Assembly: GCA_964291625.2 (NCBI GenBank)
Contig: OZ220089.1
Coordinates: 1,888,001-1,952,000, forward strand
Direction: 5' to 3'
Source: Candidatus Latescibacterota bacterium
Lineage (GTDB): Bacteria > Latescibacterota > UBA2968 > UBA8231
DNA length: 64,000 nucleotides
The translations under genes were made by a program, and so were the position numbers. Positions 28,554 through 38,553 of this stretch are shown here, piece after piece. Within the stretch, counting starts at the first letter, position 1. Every line of letters begins with the position of its first letter. A model generated the notes under the pieces. That model ran no database searches. It had not been told where the DNA came from and saw only the letters and a list, made by a program, of their open reading frames with translations.

Positions 28554-30461
28554 TCACCCCGCCCGGTGCAGGTCCGGGTCCCTCACCGCCTCGTAGATCA
28601 CCCCGCCCTCGACGTTGCGCGGCATCGGCGCCCCGGTGAGGTAGCAGATCGTGGGGGCCACGTCGATGACGCGCACTTGGCGCTGCAGTTGGCCTGAGGC
28701 GCGCACGCCGGCGCCGGCGGCGATGAAGGTCGAGTGCTGGCCGGCCATGCCGAAGGCGACCGAGGGCAGCTGCTTGCCGTGGGCGCCGTCGAACTCCGGG
28801 CGCAGGGCGTAGACCACGTCGCCCACCCGGTCCGACCACAGGTTCACCATCTCCGCGTCCTCCCGGGTCAGGGCGAGGGCGAAGGGACGCCGGCCCGTCT
28901 CGGGGTCCTCGTAGTCGTGGAGGGCCTGGATGATCTCGCGGCAGGTGGCGTCGTAGTCCCCGGGATCGACGATGCCGCCGGGCTCCCGCCCCTTCAGGTT
29001 CACGAAGATGTGCACCAGGCCCACGTCGGCCGCCCGGGTGCGCGTCCAGTCGACGCGGCGGTTGGGGCCGCGGCCCTCGTATTTCAAGAACCCCGCCTGT
29101 TCCAGCACCTTCGCCACGTTGACCACCGTGTGCTGCTGCGAGGTGCCGCCGTGGTCGGAGACCACGAAGAAGGCGGTGTCGTCGCCGGCCAGGCGGCGCA
29201 GGCGGCCGATCCAGCGGTCGATGGAGGCGTAGGTGCGCTCCACCCCCTCGCGGCAGCGCCGCTGCACCGACGGCGGCGCCCCGGAGTGGGGATCGGCAGC
29301 GCGCAGGAAGAAGTGGCTGGTGTAGTCGGAGGCGTGGGTCTCCGTCATCAGCAGGTCCCAGTCGCGGGAGCCGGCGAGGTACCCGGCCACGTCCGCCAGG
29401 CGCTCGTGGTGGAACTCCAGCAGCTCGAAGTAGGTGTCGTCGTCGATCAGGCCGAGGGCGTCGCGGGCCGGGTTCTGCAGGAAGTTGCCCACGTGGCGGT
29501 CGATCTCGCGGGCCACGGAGGCCGGCTTCGTGTAGCCGTCGGGGGGCCAGATCTGGGGGATGAAGAGCTCGAAGGCGTCGGCCCGCGCCGACAGGGTGAT
29601 CAGCTTGGCGCGCACGTATCCCCGCACCTTGCGGCCGTCGATCTCGAAGCGGTCCAGCCACCAGTCGCTCCACTCGCCCACGCCGAGGTCGGCCAGGGGC
29701 CGGCCCGCGTTCTTCGAGCGGCAGATCCGCACCCGGTCGTAGCCGCCCCCGCCGCTGGCGTAGATCAGGGCGTGCAGCTGCATCGGCGTCCCCTCCCGGC
29801 CCCGATTCATCTCCTCGCGGCCCCGGGCCAGGGGCTGGATGGTGAGGGCCGCCTCCTTCGGCATCCGCTTCGAGGCGGGCAGTCCCATCCAGCCGCGGGC
29901 CTCTTCCAGGGTCACGGGATCGAACTCGCGCACCCCCTGCAGGGCGCTCGGGTCCAGGGTCTCCGGGTCGCGCTGCGCCTCCAGCCGCCGCGGCGCCCAC
30001 TTGCCCCCGACGAACAGGTGGTAGCCGGCCACCTGGTGGTGGTTGGAGACGCCGGGGCCGGTGCCCTCCACCTGCACCCCCGAGCGCACCGTGGGCGGCC
30101 ACGACATCTCCCACTTCACCAGGATCGGCTTCTTGCCGCCGCGCTCGAAGGCGTTCCAGATGTACTCCGAGCGCGACAGGGAGGTGTCGATCCCCCAGAG
30201 GGTGCGGTCCAGGCCCTCGCCCACGTGGCGGATGTTGAAGTCCATCACGCCGTGGGTACCCGGCCACGATCCCGTGGACAGGGCCGTCCAGCCCGGCGGC
30301 GTGAGGGTTGGGAAGACGCCGACCATGGGTCGCCAGACGCCCGCATTCATCAGGGCGCGCACGTTCGGCATGTGGCCGGCCTCGGCCATGTTCCTCACCA
30401 GCTCCATGCTGGCGCCGTCCATGCCGGCGACGATGGCGCGCCGGGCGGGTGTCGCACTCAT
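28554..30461 (-). CDS. Alkaline phosphatase superfamily nucleotide pyrophosphatase/phosphodiesterase
   Basis: GMDGAS, PTLTPPGWTALSTG, VVSDHG, DVAPT. Confidence 0.9.
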   Translation of the reverse strand: MSATPARRAIVAGMDGASMELVRNMAEAGHMPNVRALMNAGVWRPMVGVFPTLTPPGWTALSTGSWPGTHGVMDFNIRHVGEGLDRTLWGIDTSLSRSEYIWNAFERGGKKPILVKWEMSWPPTVRSGVQVEGTGPGVSNHHQVAGYHLFVGGKWAPRRLEAQRDPETLDPSALQGVREFDPVTLEEARGWMGLPASKRMPKEAALTIQPLARGREEMNRGREGTPMQLHALIYASGGGGYDRVRICRSKNAGRPLADLGVGEWSDWWLDRFEIDGRKVRGYVRAKLITLSARADAFELFIPQIWPPDGYTKPASVAREIDRHVGNFLQNPARDALGLIDDDTYFELLEFHHERLADVAGYLAGSRDWDLLMTETHASDYTSHFFLRAADPHSGAPPSVQRRCREGVERTYASIDRWIGRLRRLAGDDTAFFVVSDHGGTSQQHTVVNVAKVLEQAGFLKYEGRGPNRRVDWTRTRAADVGLVHIFVNLKGREPGGIVDPGDYDATCREIIQALHDYEDPETGRRPFALALTREDAEMVNLWSDRVGDVVYALRPEFDGAHGKQLPSVAFGMAGQHSTFIAAGAGVRASGQLQRQVRVIDVAPTICYLTGAPMPRNVEGGVIYEAVRDPDLHRAG

Positions 30462-30473
30462 GGGGTCTCTCCC
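30418..30473. repeat. 56-bp direct repeat, copy 1 (phosphodiesterase RBS and start)
   Basis: Matches 31639-31694 with 3 mismatches. Confidence 0.9.
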
Positions 30474-30543
30474 TGGTTGGAGTGGAACGCGGCGCCGCGG
30501 CCGGTTTCGGCCGTGCAGCGCGCGGCGGAGCGAGTGGAACTCC

Positions 30544-31614
30544 CTATGGAAGACGCGGGATGACTTCCTTCGCCATCAGTTCCATCGAGCGCTTCATCTT
30601 CGCCTTGTCGTCCCAGTCGTGGCCGATCATCAGCACCGTGCCGAAGCCGCCCGTCACGTCGTACAGCTCCTGCAGGCGCTCGGTCACGGTGTCGGGACTG
30701 CCGACGATGGCGATCTCGTCGATGAAGTACTCGCGCGTGAGGTCCGCGTCGGACATACCCGGGTCCCTCTTCGGCAGGTCCAGCATGTTGGCGATCTCGA
30801 GCATGCCCCGAAGGTAGACCAGCGAGTCGGCGAAGGCGCCGCCGAGGGCGTGTTCCCGTGCCTCGGCATCGGTCTCACCGACGCAGATGCTGCGCGAGAT
30901 CCGCCAGTCGCGCCGGTCCGGTTCGGGCCGGCCCCCTTCCGCGGCCCCCTCGCAGTAGATCTCCCAGTGCCGCTTCACCTTGTGGAAGGGCGCCATGTTG
31001 ATGCTGATCGGCAGGAACCCGCGGCGGCCGCCCGTGGTGGCCGCCATCGACTCCTCCTTGACGATGCTCATGGCGATCGGCGGATGGGGCTTCTGGTACG
31101 GCTTCAGCACCTCCCCCAACCCGAGCTCGGGGACCCTCTCCGCCATCGTCACGTTCCAGTAGTCCCCCTTGAACTCGAAGGGACCGTCTTCCGTCCACAG
31201 CTTCAGGACGATGTCCATCGCCTCCAGGTTCATCAGACCCTGGGTGCGCGGGTCCGGCAGATCGAAGAGCGGCCAGTCGGTCGGCACGCCCCCCTGCCCG
31301 AAGCCGACGTTGATGCGTCCCTTGGACAGGTGATCGAGATAGGCGAGGCGGACCGCCACGTTCGCCGGGTGATGCTGGGTCATGATGGTGACCCCGGTGC
31401 CCAGCCGGATCCTCTCCGTCTGCGGCAGGACGTGGGCGATGAACACGTCGTTGGCTGGGATCGGCTCCCACAGGGCGGTGTGGTGCTGCCCGATCCAGGC
31501 TTCGGTGAAGCCCAGCTCCTCGGCCCACAGCACGCACTCCACGTCCTCATCGAAGGTCTGGGTGCGATCCTTCTGCGGCGGATGCAACGGCATCATGAAC
31601 TTTCCGACTTTCAT
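30544..31614 (-). CDS. LLM-class flavin-dependent monooxygenase
   Basis: FMMPLHP, AEELGFTEAWIGQH, RIRLGTGV, IVGSPDTV. Confidence 0.92.
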   Translation of the reverse strand: MKVGKFMMPLHPPQKDRTQTFDEDVECVLWAEELGFTEAWIGQHHTALWEPIPANDVFIAHVLPQTERIRLGTGVTIMTQHHPANVAVRLAYLDHLSKGRINVGFGQGGVPTDWPLFDLPDPRTQGLMNLEAMDIVLKLWTEDGPFEFKGDYWNVTMAERVPELGLGEVLKPYQKPHPPIAMSIVKEESMAATTGGRRGFLPISINMAPFHKVKRHWEIYCEGAAEGGRPEPDRRDWRISRSICVGETDAEAREHALGGAFADSLVYLRGMLEIANMLDLPKRDPGMSDADLTREYFIDEIAIVGSPDTVTERLQELYDVTGGFGTVLMIGHDWDDKAKMKRSMELMAKEVIPRLP

Positions 31615-31638
31615 TCTTCATCCTCCCTGACAGTTGAA

Positions 31639-31694
31639 TCCATGCCGGCGCCGATGGCGAGCCGGGCGGGTGCCGCACTCATGGGGTCTCTCCC
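31639..31694. repeat. 56-bp direct repeat, copy 2
   Basis: Contains the helicase stop overlapping an abortive phosphodiesterase ATG. Confidence 0.9.
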
Positions 31695-34132
31695 GGGCGG
31701 GCTTCAAGAAGGCTCGACGGCGAGACCGCAGGCGCCCCGGCATCGCCCCAGAAGGCGCCCACCTGCTCGCGGATCGCCTCGTCGCTGCGGGTGACCCGCG
31801 GCGTGCCCCAGGACGGCGGGTACAGCTCCCGGTAGTCGGCCCGCGAGAACCGCCGGTCGACGAGCAGCAGCAGCCCGCGGTCGGTGTCGGAACGGATGAC
31901 GCGGCCGGCGGCCTGGAGCACGCGGTTCATCCCCGGGTAGGCGTAGCCGTAGGCGTAGCCGTAGGCGAAGCCGTAGGCGAAGCCGGCGTCCTCCTCCTCG
32001 TCGTAGTAGCCGCGGATCAGGTCCCGCTCGAGGCAGATCTGCGGCAGGCCGACGCCGACGACCACGGCCCCCACGAGGCGCTCCCCCGCCAGGTCGATCC
32101 CCTCGCCGAAGATGCCGCCCATGACCGCGAAGCCGACGACGGTGGTCGGATTGTCGACCCGGAAGAGACCGAGGAACCGCTCCTTCTGCGCCTCCCCCAT
32201 GCCCGGCATCTGGGCCATGGCCAGGGTGCCCGCCGGCGCCAGGGCCTCGAAGCGCGGCAGCACCTCCTGCAGGTACTTGTAGGAGGGGAAGTAGACCATG
32301 TAGTTGCCGCGGCGCCCGCCCACGGCGGCGGCGATGGCGGCGGCCACATCGTCGTACGACCGGCCCCGGCCCCGGTAGCTGGTGTCGATGTGGTCGGCCA
32401 CCATGACCAGCAGGTTCTCCCGGGGGAAGGGGGAGTCGAGCTGCAGGGTGAAGTCCTCGCGCCCGCCTCCGAGGAGCCGGCGGAAGTAGTCGAGGGGGGT
32501 GAGGGTGGCGGAGAAGAAGGTGGCCGAGCGGCCCCGGTCGAGAGCCTGCCCGATGCGGCCCGACGGGTCGAGGCAGAACAGGCGCAGCAGCAGGTCGCCG
32601 CGGCCCCGCTTCTCGCCGTAGGTGACGTAGCGGCCGTCGAAGAGGTCGGCCACGCGCAGGAAGGCGGCGATGGCGAAGAACAGGTCGGTCAGGGCCTCGC
32701 GCCAGGGCGCCGGACGGTTCCGCGCCAGGACCGGCTCGATCTCGGCCTGGACGCGCGTCAGCAGGGGCAGCAGGTCCTCCGGGGGCTCGCGGTCCAGCCA
32801 GCCGCGGCCGTCGCCCTCGTCGTCGCAGCGGCGCAGCTGGGCCGCCAGGTAGAGGTCGAGGGTGCCGAGGACGTGGGCGATGGCCGGCTGCGATTCGCCC
32901 AGGGCCTTGATCACCGCCCGCACCTCGCCGCGGCGGACCTCGGCCGAGTACATGTCGCGCGCTCTCTCCACGAGGTTGTGGGCCTCGTCGACGAGGAAGG
33001 CGTAGTCGCCGCTGGACTCGAGGAAGTAGCGCTTGAGGTAGGCCTTGGGATCGAAGACGTAGTTGTAGTCGCAGATGAGGACGTCGGAGAGCAGGGAGAG
33101 GTCGAGGCCCAGCTCGAAGGGGCAGACCGTGTGCCGGCGGGCCGTCTCCTCGATGTGGGTCCGCGTGAAGTCGTCGTGGGTGCGGAAGGCGTCCTCGAGG
33201 GCGTCGTTGACGCGGTCGTAGTAGCCGAGGGCGAACTCGCACGTCTCCATGTCGCAGGGGCGGCCGCCGCGGGCGTTGAAGCAGATGCGGTCGCGGGCGG
33301 TGATCGTGCACGACTTGAGGCGCAGGCCGGAGGCGCGCAGGTCGTCGAGGGCGCTCTCGGCCACGGTGCGGCCGCTGGTCTTGGCGGTGAGGTAGAAGAC
33401 CTTCTCCACCTGTCCCTCGCCCAGGGCCCGCACCGCCGGGAAGAGGACGGAGATCGTCTTGCCGATGCCGGTGGGGGCCATGGCGAAGAGCCGCCCCTCG
33501 GAGGCGATTGTCTCGCGCACCGCCTCGGACAGCTCCTGCTGGCCGGGGCGGTACTCCGCGAAGGGGAAGGCGAGGTCCGCGATCGAGGCGTCCCGCCGGC
33601 CGCACCACTCGTGCCAGGCCCGGGCCCAGTGCAGGTAGCGGCCGACGAGATCGTCGAAGAAGGCGGCCAGCTCCTCCGGCGTGAAGGGGCGCCCGTCCTC
33701 CAGGACCTGGCCGCTGTCGAGCTGCACGTAGGTGAGCCGCACCTCGACGCGCTCCGGCGCCAGATCCTGGGCCAGGATGTGGGCGTAGAGCTTGGCCTGT
33801 CCCCAGTGCAGGGGGTTGTCGGGGCGTTCCTCGAGGGCGCCGTAGGTGGTCTTGATCTCCTCCACCAGCAGGTCGCCGCCGTCGTGGAGGACGCCATCGA
33901 CGCGGCCCGTGATCTCCAGGGACAGGGAGCCGCCGGCGTCGACGGTGCAGCGCACCGGCACCTCGCTGCGGTAGCCCTCCGGCCGCTGGTCCTGCACGAA
34001 GCGGTGGCCCCGCGTGCCCTCGACGGCCCGGTTGGCGGAGAGAAAGGCGGAGCCCAGATCGCCGGAGCGCAGCACGAAGGCGACCAGTTCGCGGACGGGG
34101 ATCTGTACGAGGGTGTCGGTGTCCGGCGCCAT
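31679..34132 (-). CDS. Rad3/DinG-family Fe-S DNA helicase with N-terminal PD-(D/E)XK nuclease
   Basis: GRVDG..VEEIKT; APTGIGKT; four Cys; DEAHNL; FSATL; QAAGRVIR. Confidence 0.92.
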   Translation of the reverse strand: MAPDTDTLVQIPVRELVAFVLRSGDLGSAFLSANRAVEGTRGHRFVQDQRPEGYRSEVPVRCTVDAGGSLSLEITGRVDGVLHDGGDLLVEEIKTTYGALEERPDNPLHWGQAKLYAHILAQDLAPERVEVRLTYVQLDSGQVLEDGRPFTPEELAAFFDDLVGRYLHWARAWHEWCGRRDASIADLAFPFAEYRPGQQELSEAVRETIASEGRLFAMAPTGIGKTISVLFPAVRALGEGQVEKVFYLTAKTSGRTVAESALDDLRASGLRLKSCTITARDRICFNARGGRPCDMETCEFALGYYDRVNDALEDAFRTHDDFTRTHIEETARRHTVCPFELGLDLSLLSDVLICDYNYVFDPKAYLKRYFLESSGDYAFLVDEAHNLVERARDMYSAEVRRGEVRAVIKALGESQPAIAHVLGTLDLYLAAQLRRCDDEGDGRGWLDREPPEDLLPLLTRVQAEIEPVLARNRPAPWREALTDLFFAIAAFLRVADLFDGRYVTYGEKRGRGDLLLRLFCLDPSGRIGQALDRGRSATFFSATLTPLDYFRRLLGGGREDFTLQLDSPFPRENLLVMVADHIDTSYRGRGRSYDDVAAAIAAAVGGRRGNYMVYFPSYKYLQEVLPRFEALAPAGTLAMAQMPGMGEAQKERFLGLFRVDNPTTVVGFAVMGGIFGEGIDLAGERLVGAVVVGVGLPQICLERDLIRGYYDEEEDAGFAYGFAYGYAYGYAYPGMNRVLQAAGRVIRSDTDRGLLLLVDRRFSRADYRELYPPSWGTPRVTRSDEAIREQVGAFWGDAGAPAVSPSSLLEARPGETP

Positions 34133-34203
34133 GGGGGGGTGGGAATATAGGCGTTCGCCGCGGGCCGTTGCCGAAGAGGGCGCCACCCCCGATTCTTTCG
34201 CCC

Positions 34204-35271
34204 ATGCCTACTCTAACGATGGACCAGATCGCCGAGGCCGCCGCCTCTCTCTTCATCGCCGCGGGCACCTCCTCCGAGGATGCGCGCACCGTGGCCGGCC
34301 TCCTCGCCGAGGCCAACTGCGCCGGCCACGACTCCCACGGCCTCATCCGCGTCCCCCAGTACCTCGCCGCCATCGAGGACGGCCGCATCGATCCCGCCGC
34401 CGGGACCGAGGTCGTGCGGGAGACGCCGATCACCGCCGTTCTCGACGGCAACCGGGGATTCGGCCAGGTCGCCATGACCCGGGCCGTCGAGCTGGCCTCC
34501 GCCAAGGCGTCGGACCACGGCCTCGCCGCCGTCACCGTGCGCAGCGCCAGCCACATCGGCCGCCTCGGCAGCTACGTGGAGCGCCTCGCCCGCCGCGACC
34601 TGGCGGCCCTGCTGCTGGTCAACGCCGTCGGCATCCCCGCCTACCGCATGGCCCCCTGGGGCGGCACCGAGGCCCGCCTCGCCACCGACCCCCTGGCCTT
34701 CGGGGTCCCCCGCGCCGAGGGCGATCCCGTGGTCCTCGACATGACCACCACCGTCGTGGCCGAGGGCAAGGTGCGGGTCCAGAGCAACCGCGGGGAGCCC
34801 GTCCCCGAGGGCTGGCTGATCGACGCCGAGGGCCGGCCGACGACGGATCCGGACGTCCTCTACGGGGAGCCGGGGGGCAGCATCCTGCCCCTCGGCGGCA
34901 GCGCCGCCGGCCACAAGGGGTACGGCCTCAACGTCGCCCTCGAGCTGCTCGCCGGCGCCTTGAGCGGGACCGGCTGCATCGGCGGCGGTCAGCCCCTCGG
35001 CAACGGCGTCCTGCTGATCGCCCTCGACGTGGAGCGCTTCCTGCCCCTCGACGAGTTCCACCGCCACGCGGAGCGCTTCTTCGCCCACGTGAAGTCGTCG
35101 CCGCCGGCGGCCGGCTTCGACGGGATCCTCCTGCCGGGGGAGATCGAGGGCCGGGTGCAGCGGCGCCGGCAGCAGGAGGGCATCCCCGTCGACGACGAGA
35201 CCTGGCGGCAGGTCCGTCAGTGGGCCGACAAGCTCGGCGTCGACCTGCCCCTCCCGGAGGAGAGCCGATGA
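34204..35271 (+). CDS. Ldh_2 family (malate/lactate/ureidoglycolate) dehydrogenase
   Basis: GHDSHG, HIGRLG, DMTT, GHKGYGL, LPGE. Confidence 0.9.
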   Translation: MPTLTMDQIAEAAASLFIAAGTSSEDARTVAGLLAEANCAGHDSHGLIRVPQYLAAIEDGRIDPAAGTEVVRETPITAVLDGNRGFGQVAMTRAVELASAKASDHGLAAVTVRSASHIGRLGSYVERLARRDLAALLLVNAVGIPAYRMAPWGGTEARLATDPLAFGVPRAEGDPVVLDMTTTVVAEGKVRVQSNRGEPVPEGWLIDAEGRPTTDPDVLYGEPGGSILPLGGSAAGHKGYGLNVALELLAGALSGTGCIGGGQPLGNGVLLIALDVERFLPLDEFHRHAERFFAHVKSSPPAAGFDGILLPGEIEGRVQRRRQQEGIPVDDETWRQVRQWADKLGVDLPLPEESR

Positions 35272-36164
35272 TCGTCGACATCCACACCCACCCGCCGAGA
35301 CACCGGGAGCTGCCGCCGGGGGCCGAGCCGGAGCTGAACGACAAGTGGCGCCCCGACCGCCCCGTGAACGTGACCACCACCTGGCAGGACTACTTCGCCG
35401 GCCAGGCGCCGGCCGAGGTCTCGGTCGTCTTCGGCATCGCCATGAGCCCCGGCGGCCCTCCCTACCCCGCGGACCCCGACTGGTCGGAGGGCAACATCAA
35501 CGACGCCGTCACCGAGTTCGCCGCCGCCCACCCCGGCCGGCTCATCGGTTTCGCCGCCGTCCACCCCTTCGACCCGGACTGCCTCGACGAGTTGGAGCGC
35601 TGCCGCGTCGACCTGGGCATGCAGGGCGTCAAGCTCGGCGCCAACTACCAGAACTTCGACCCCCTCGAGCCGCGGGCCCTGGCGATCTACGACTACGCCC
35701 AGCGCCACGGCCTGCCGGTGATGCTGCACCAGGGCACGTCGCCGGTGCAGGACGCGCCGATCCGCTACGCCCATCCCCTCGTCATCGACGAGATCGCCAT
35801 GCGCTACCCGGAGCTGCGCATGATCATGGCCCACCTGGGCCACCCGTGGCAGGTGGAGACCTGCGTCGTCGTCCGCAAGCACCCGAACGTCTACGCCGAC
35901 CTGTCGGCCAACTTCTACCGGCCCTTCTCCTTCTGGGAGCAGATGGTGAAGGCCGCGGAGTGGAACGTCCTCGACAAGATCCTCTTCGGCAGCGACTGGC
36001 CGATCACCGAGGTGGGCGAGTCGATCGAGCGCCTGCGGGCCGTCAACGACACCGTCGAAGGCACGGCCCTGCCCAGGGTGGACCCCGACGCCATCGAGGC
36101 GATCATCGAGCGCGACTCCCTCGGCCTGCTCGGCCTCTCCGCCGACGCGGGAGGAGAGCGATGA
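35268..36164 (+). CDS. Amidohydrolase_2 family protein
   Basis: IVDIHTH, GVKL, HQG, AHLGHP, FGSDWP. Confidence 0.9.
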   Translation: MIVDIHTHPPRHRELPPGAEPELNDKWRPDRPVNVTTTWQDYFAGQAPAEVSVVFGIAMSPGGPPYPADPDWSEGNINDAVTEFAAAHPGRLIGFAAVHPFDPDCLDELERCRVDLGMQGVKLGANYQNFDPLEPRALAIYDYAQRHGLPVMLHQGTSPVQDAPIRYAHPLVIDEIAMRYPELRMIMAHLGHPWQVETCVVVRKHPNVYADLSANFYRPFSFWEQMVKAAEWNVLDKILFGSDWPITEVGESIERLRAVNDTVEGTALPRVDPDAIEAIIERDSLGLLGLSADAGGER

Positions 36165-37045
36165 CGGCTGGCGGCGCCCCCGTGAGGCTCGGCGTCATCG
36201 GCGGCTCCGGGGTCTACCAGATGGAGGGCGCCGAGATCGTCGGCGAGCACGAGATCGAGACCCCTTTCGGCCCGCCCTCCGACCTTCTCGTGGAAACCCT
36301 CATCGATGGCCGCACCGTGCTCTTCCTCCCGCGCCACGGCCGCGGGCACCGCCTGCTGCCCTCGGAGGTGCCCTACCGCGCCAACGTCCACGCCATGAAG
36401 TCGGCGGGCGTCACCCACCTGCTGGCGGTCAGCGCCGTGGGCATCATGAAGGAGCACGTCCGCCCCGGCGACATGGTGATCCCCGACCAGATCTTCGACC
36501 GCACCCGCGGCGTGCGGCCGGCCACCTTCTTCGGCGACGGCGTCGCCGGCCACGTGTCGCTGGCCGACCCCTTCTGCCCGGGCGGGCTGACGGCGGCCCT
36601 GGCGGCGGCGGCCCGGGAGTGCGGCGCCACCGTGCACGAGGGCGGCACCTACGTGTGCATGGAGGGTCCCCAGTTCTCGTCGAAGGCGGAGTCCCACTTC
36701 TACCGCCGCGCCGTCGACGCCACGGTGATCGGCATGACCGCCATCCCGGAGGCGAAGCTGGCCCGGGAGGCGGAGATCTGCTACGCCCTGCTGGCCATGG
36801 GCACCGACTACGACTGCTGGCACGAGACCGAGGAGAACGTCTCGGTGGAGACGGTGGTCGAAGTCCTGCGGGCCAACGCCGAGCTGGGCTGCCGCATCGT
36901 GCGCACCCTCTCGGGGCGGCTGCCGCCCGCCGCCGACTGCGAGTGCCACGGCGCCGCGAGGTTCGCCGTGATCACCGCGCCGGAGATGATCAGCCCCGAG
37001 GTCCGGGCGCGGCTGCGGACCCTCTACGGCAGGTACTGGGACTGA
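36161..37045 (+). CDS. mtnP: S-methyl-5'-thioadenosine phosphorylase
   Basis: GVIGGSG, TPFGPPSD, LPRHG, EGPQFS, GMTAIPEAKLARE, TDYDCW. Confidence 0.92.
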   Translation: MTAGGAPVRLGVIGGSGVYQMEGAEIVGEHEIETPFGPPSDLLVETLIDGRTVLFLPRHGRGHRLLPSEVPYRANVHAMKSAGVTHLLAVSAVGIMKEHVRPGDMVIPDQIFDRTRGVRPATFFGDGVAGHVSLADPFCPGGLTAALAAAARECGATVHEGGTYVCMEGPQFSSKAESHFYRRAVDATVIGMTAIPEAKLAREAEICYALLAMGTDYDCWHETEENVSVETVVEVLRANAELGCRIVRTLSGRLPPAADCECHGAARFAVITAPEMISPEVRARLRTLYGRYWD

Positions 37046-37061
37046 GGCGGAGGCAGGCTCC

Positions 37062-38168
37062 ATGGCCCCGGATCCCCTGCGAGTCGCCGCCATCGGCGTC
37101 GGCCGCATCGGCATCTTCCACGCCCGGCACGTGCAGGAGGTGGGAGACGAGACCGGCGCCTGCCGCCTGGTGGCCGTGGCCGACCGCCACGGGGACACGG
37201 CGCAGCGGGCGGCGGCGAGACTGAGCGCCGACGGCCGGGAGCCGGTGGCCGCCTTCGACTCGGCGGAGGCCCTGGCCGAGGCGGGCGTGGCCGATGCCGC
37301 CGTCATCGCCTCGCGAACGCGGGACCACCGGCGCGACACCGAGGCGATGGTCAGCGCCGGCGGCCGGGTGCTGCTCGAGAAGCCCCTGGCCGACTCCCTC
37401 GAGGAGGCCCGCGACCTGGCGGCCTGGCTCGAGGCCGACGAGGCCCGCCGCCGGGCGGTGATGCTCGCCTTCCAGCGGCGCTACGACGAGGCCCTGCTGC
37501 GGGCCCGGGAGCTGCTGCGCGCCAACGCCATCGGCCGCCTCTTCAAGACCGTCTCCGTCCTGGAGGACCCCGAACCGCCGCCCCCGGGATACCAGAGCCC
37601 CGGCCTGCTGGCCGACATGGCCGTCCACAACGCCGACGAGATCCTCTGGCTCGGCGGCGCCACCCCCACGGCGATCACCGGCGTCGGCGCGCGCCTCCAC
37701 AACCAGCGCATCCCCGGCGTCGTGGAGGAGGACTTCGACGACGTCCTCGTGCAGATGTGGTTCGGAGACGAGGCGACGGCGCAGATCCAGGTGAGCCGCA
37801 ACCACGTGGCCGGCTACCGCAACGAGACCTTCCTCTACGGCGCCGAAGGCCTGATCCACGTGGGCCACTTCGACGAGGACCCGCTGCGGGCGCGGGTGCA
37901 TGCCTTCGGCCGCGACCACGAGATCATCGAGCAGCTCGCCTTCGACCTGCGCGACTACGGCGAGCCCGTGCCCGTCTTCATCCGCCGCTTCGGGAATGCC
38001 TACAAGGCCGAGGTGGCCGACTTCGTGGCCCGGTGCCGCGCCGCCGAGCCCTTCGCGGTCACCCACCAGGACGGGCTGCGGGCGATGGAGGTGGTCATCG
38101 CCGGTGCGGGGGCGGTGCGGGGGGCGGGGGAGGCGGCGCCCATCGTGCTGTCCGGCGATGCTACCTGA
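37062..38168 (+). CDS. Gfo/Idh/MocA oxidoreductase (inositol dehydrogenase-like)
   Basis: GVGRIG, LEKP, FQRRYD, DMAVH. Confidence 0.88.
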   Translation: MAPDPLRVAAIGVGRIGIFHARHVQEVGDETGACRLVAVADRHGDTAQRAAARLSADGREPVAAFDSAEALAEAGVADAAVIASRTRDHRRDTEAMVSAGGRVLLEKPLADSLEEARDLAAWLEADEARRRAVMLAFQRRYDEALLRARELLRANAIGRLFKTVSVLEDPEPPPPGYQSPGLLADMAVHNADEILWLGGATPTAITGVGARLHNQRIPGVVEEDFDDVLVQMWFGDEATAQIQVSRNHVAGYRNETFLYGAEGLIHVGHFDEDPLRARVHAFGRDHEIIEQLAFDLRDYGEPVPVFIRRFGNAYKAEVADFVARCRAAEPFAVTHQDGLRAMEVVIAGAGAVRGAGEAAPIVLSGDAT

Positions 38169-38250
38169 CGACGAAATCTGCCGGCTGGCCGACGAGCTCG
38201 CCCGCCTGACCTCCAATGGTCTGGCGGGTGGCGACAGCGCTGCGTAGAAT

Positions 38251-38283
38251 CAGGGTAGAATCGGCTTTTCCGATTCTACCCTG
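38251..38283. promoter_or_regulatory. Probable VapBC operator inverted repeat
   Basis: cagggtagaatcgg-5 nt-ccgattctaccctg, a perfect 14-bp IR just before the vapB RBS. Confidence 0.7.
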
Positions 38284-38295
38284 GGAGGAACGGGA

Positions 38296-38553
38296 ATGAG
38301 CCTGAACATCAAGAACGACGAGACCTGCCGGCTCGCAGGCGAGCTCGCTCACCTGACCGGCGAGACCAAGACGGGAGCGATCACCGTGGCGTTGCGCGAA
38401 CGTCTGGAACGGGAGAAGCGGGAGCGCAGCGTCGAAACCCGCAAGAGGGAGCTTCGCGCCATCGCCGAGCGCTGTGCCCGGCTGCTGGGGCCCGGCCCCT
38501 CTGCGACCGAGCACGGCGATCTGCTCTACGACGAACGCGGATTGCCCGAGTGA
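38296..38553 (+). CDS. vapB: VapB antitoxin (Rv0623-like)
   Basis: MSLNIKN...LA.LTGETKT.AI..AL...LYDERGLP. Confidence 0.88.
   Translation: MSLNIKNDETCRLAGELAHLTGETKTGAITVALRERLEREKRERSVETRKRELRAIAERCARLLGPGPSATEHGDLLYDERGLPE

Noticed and set aside
31679-34132. Nuclease-DinG fusion as a type IV CRISPR component
   Set aside because: It matches the common Rad3-related repair helicase architecture, and no cas genes or array are nearby.
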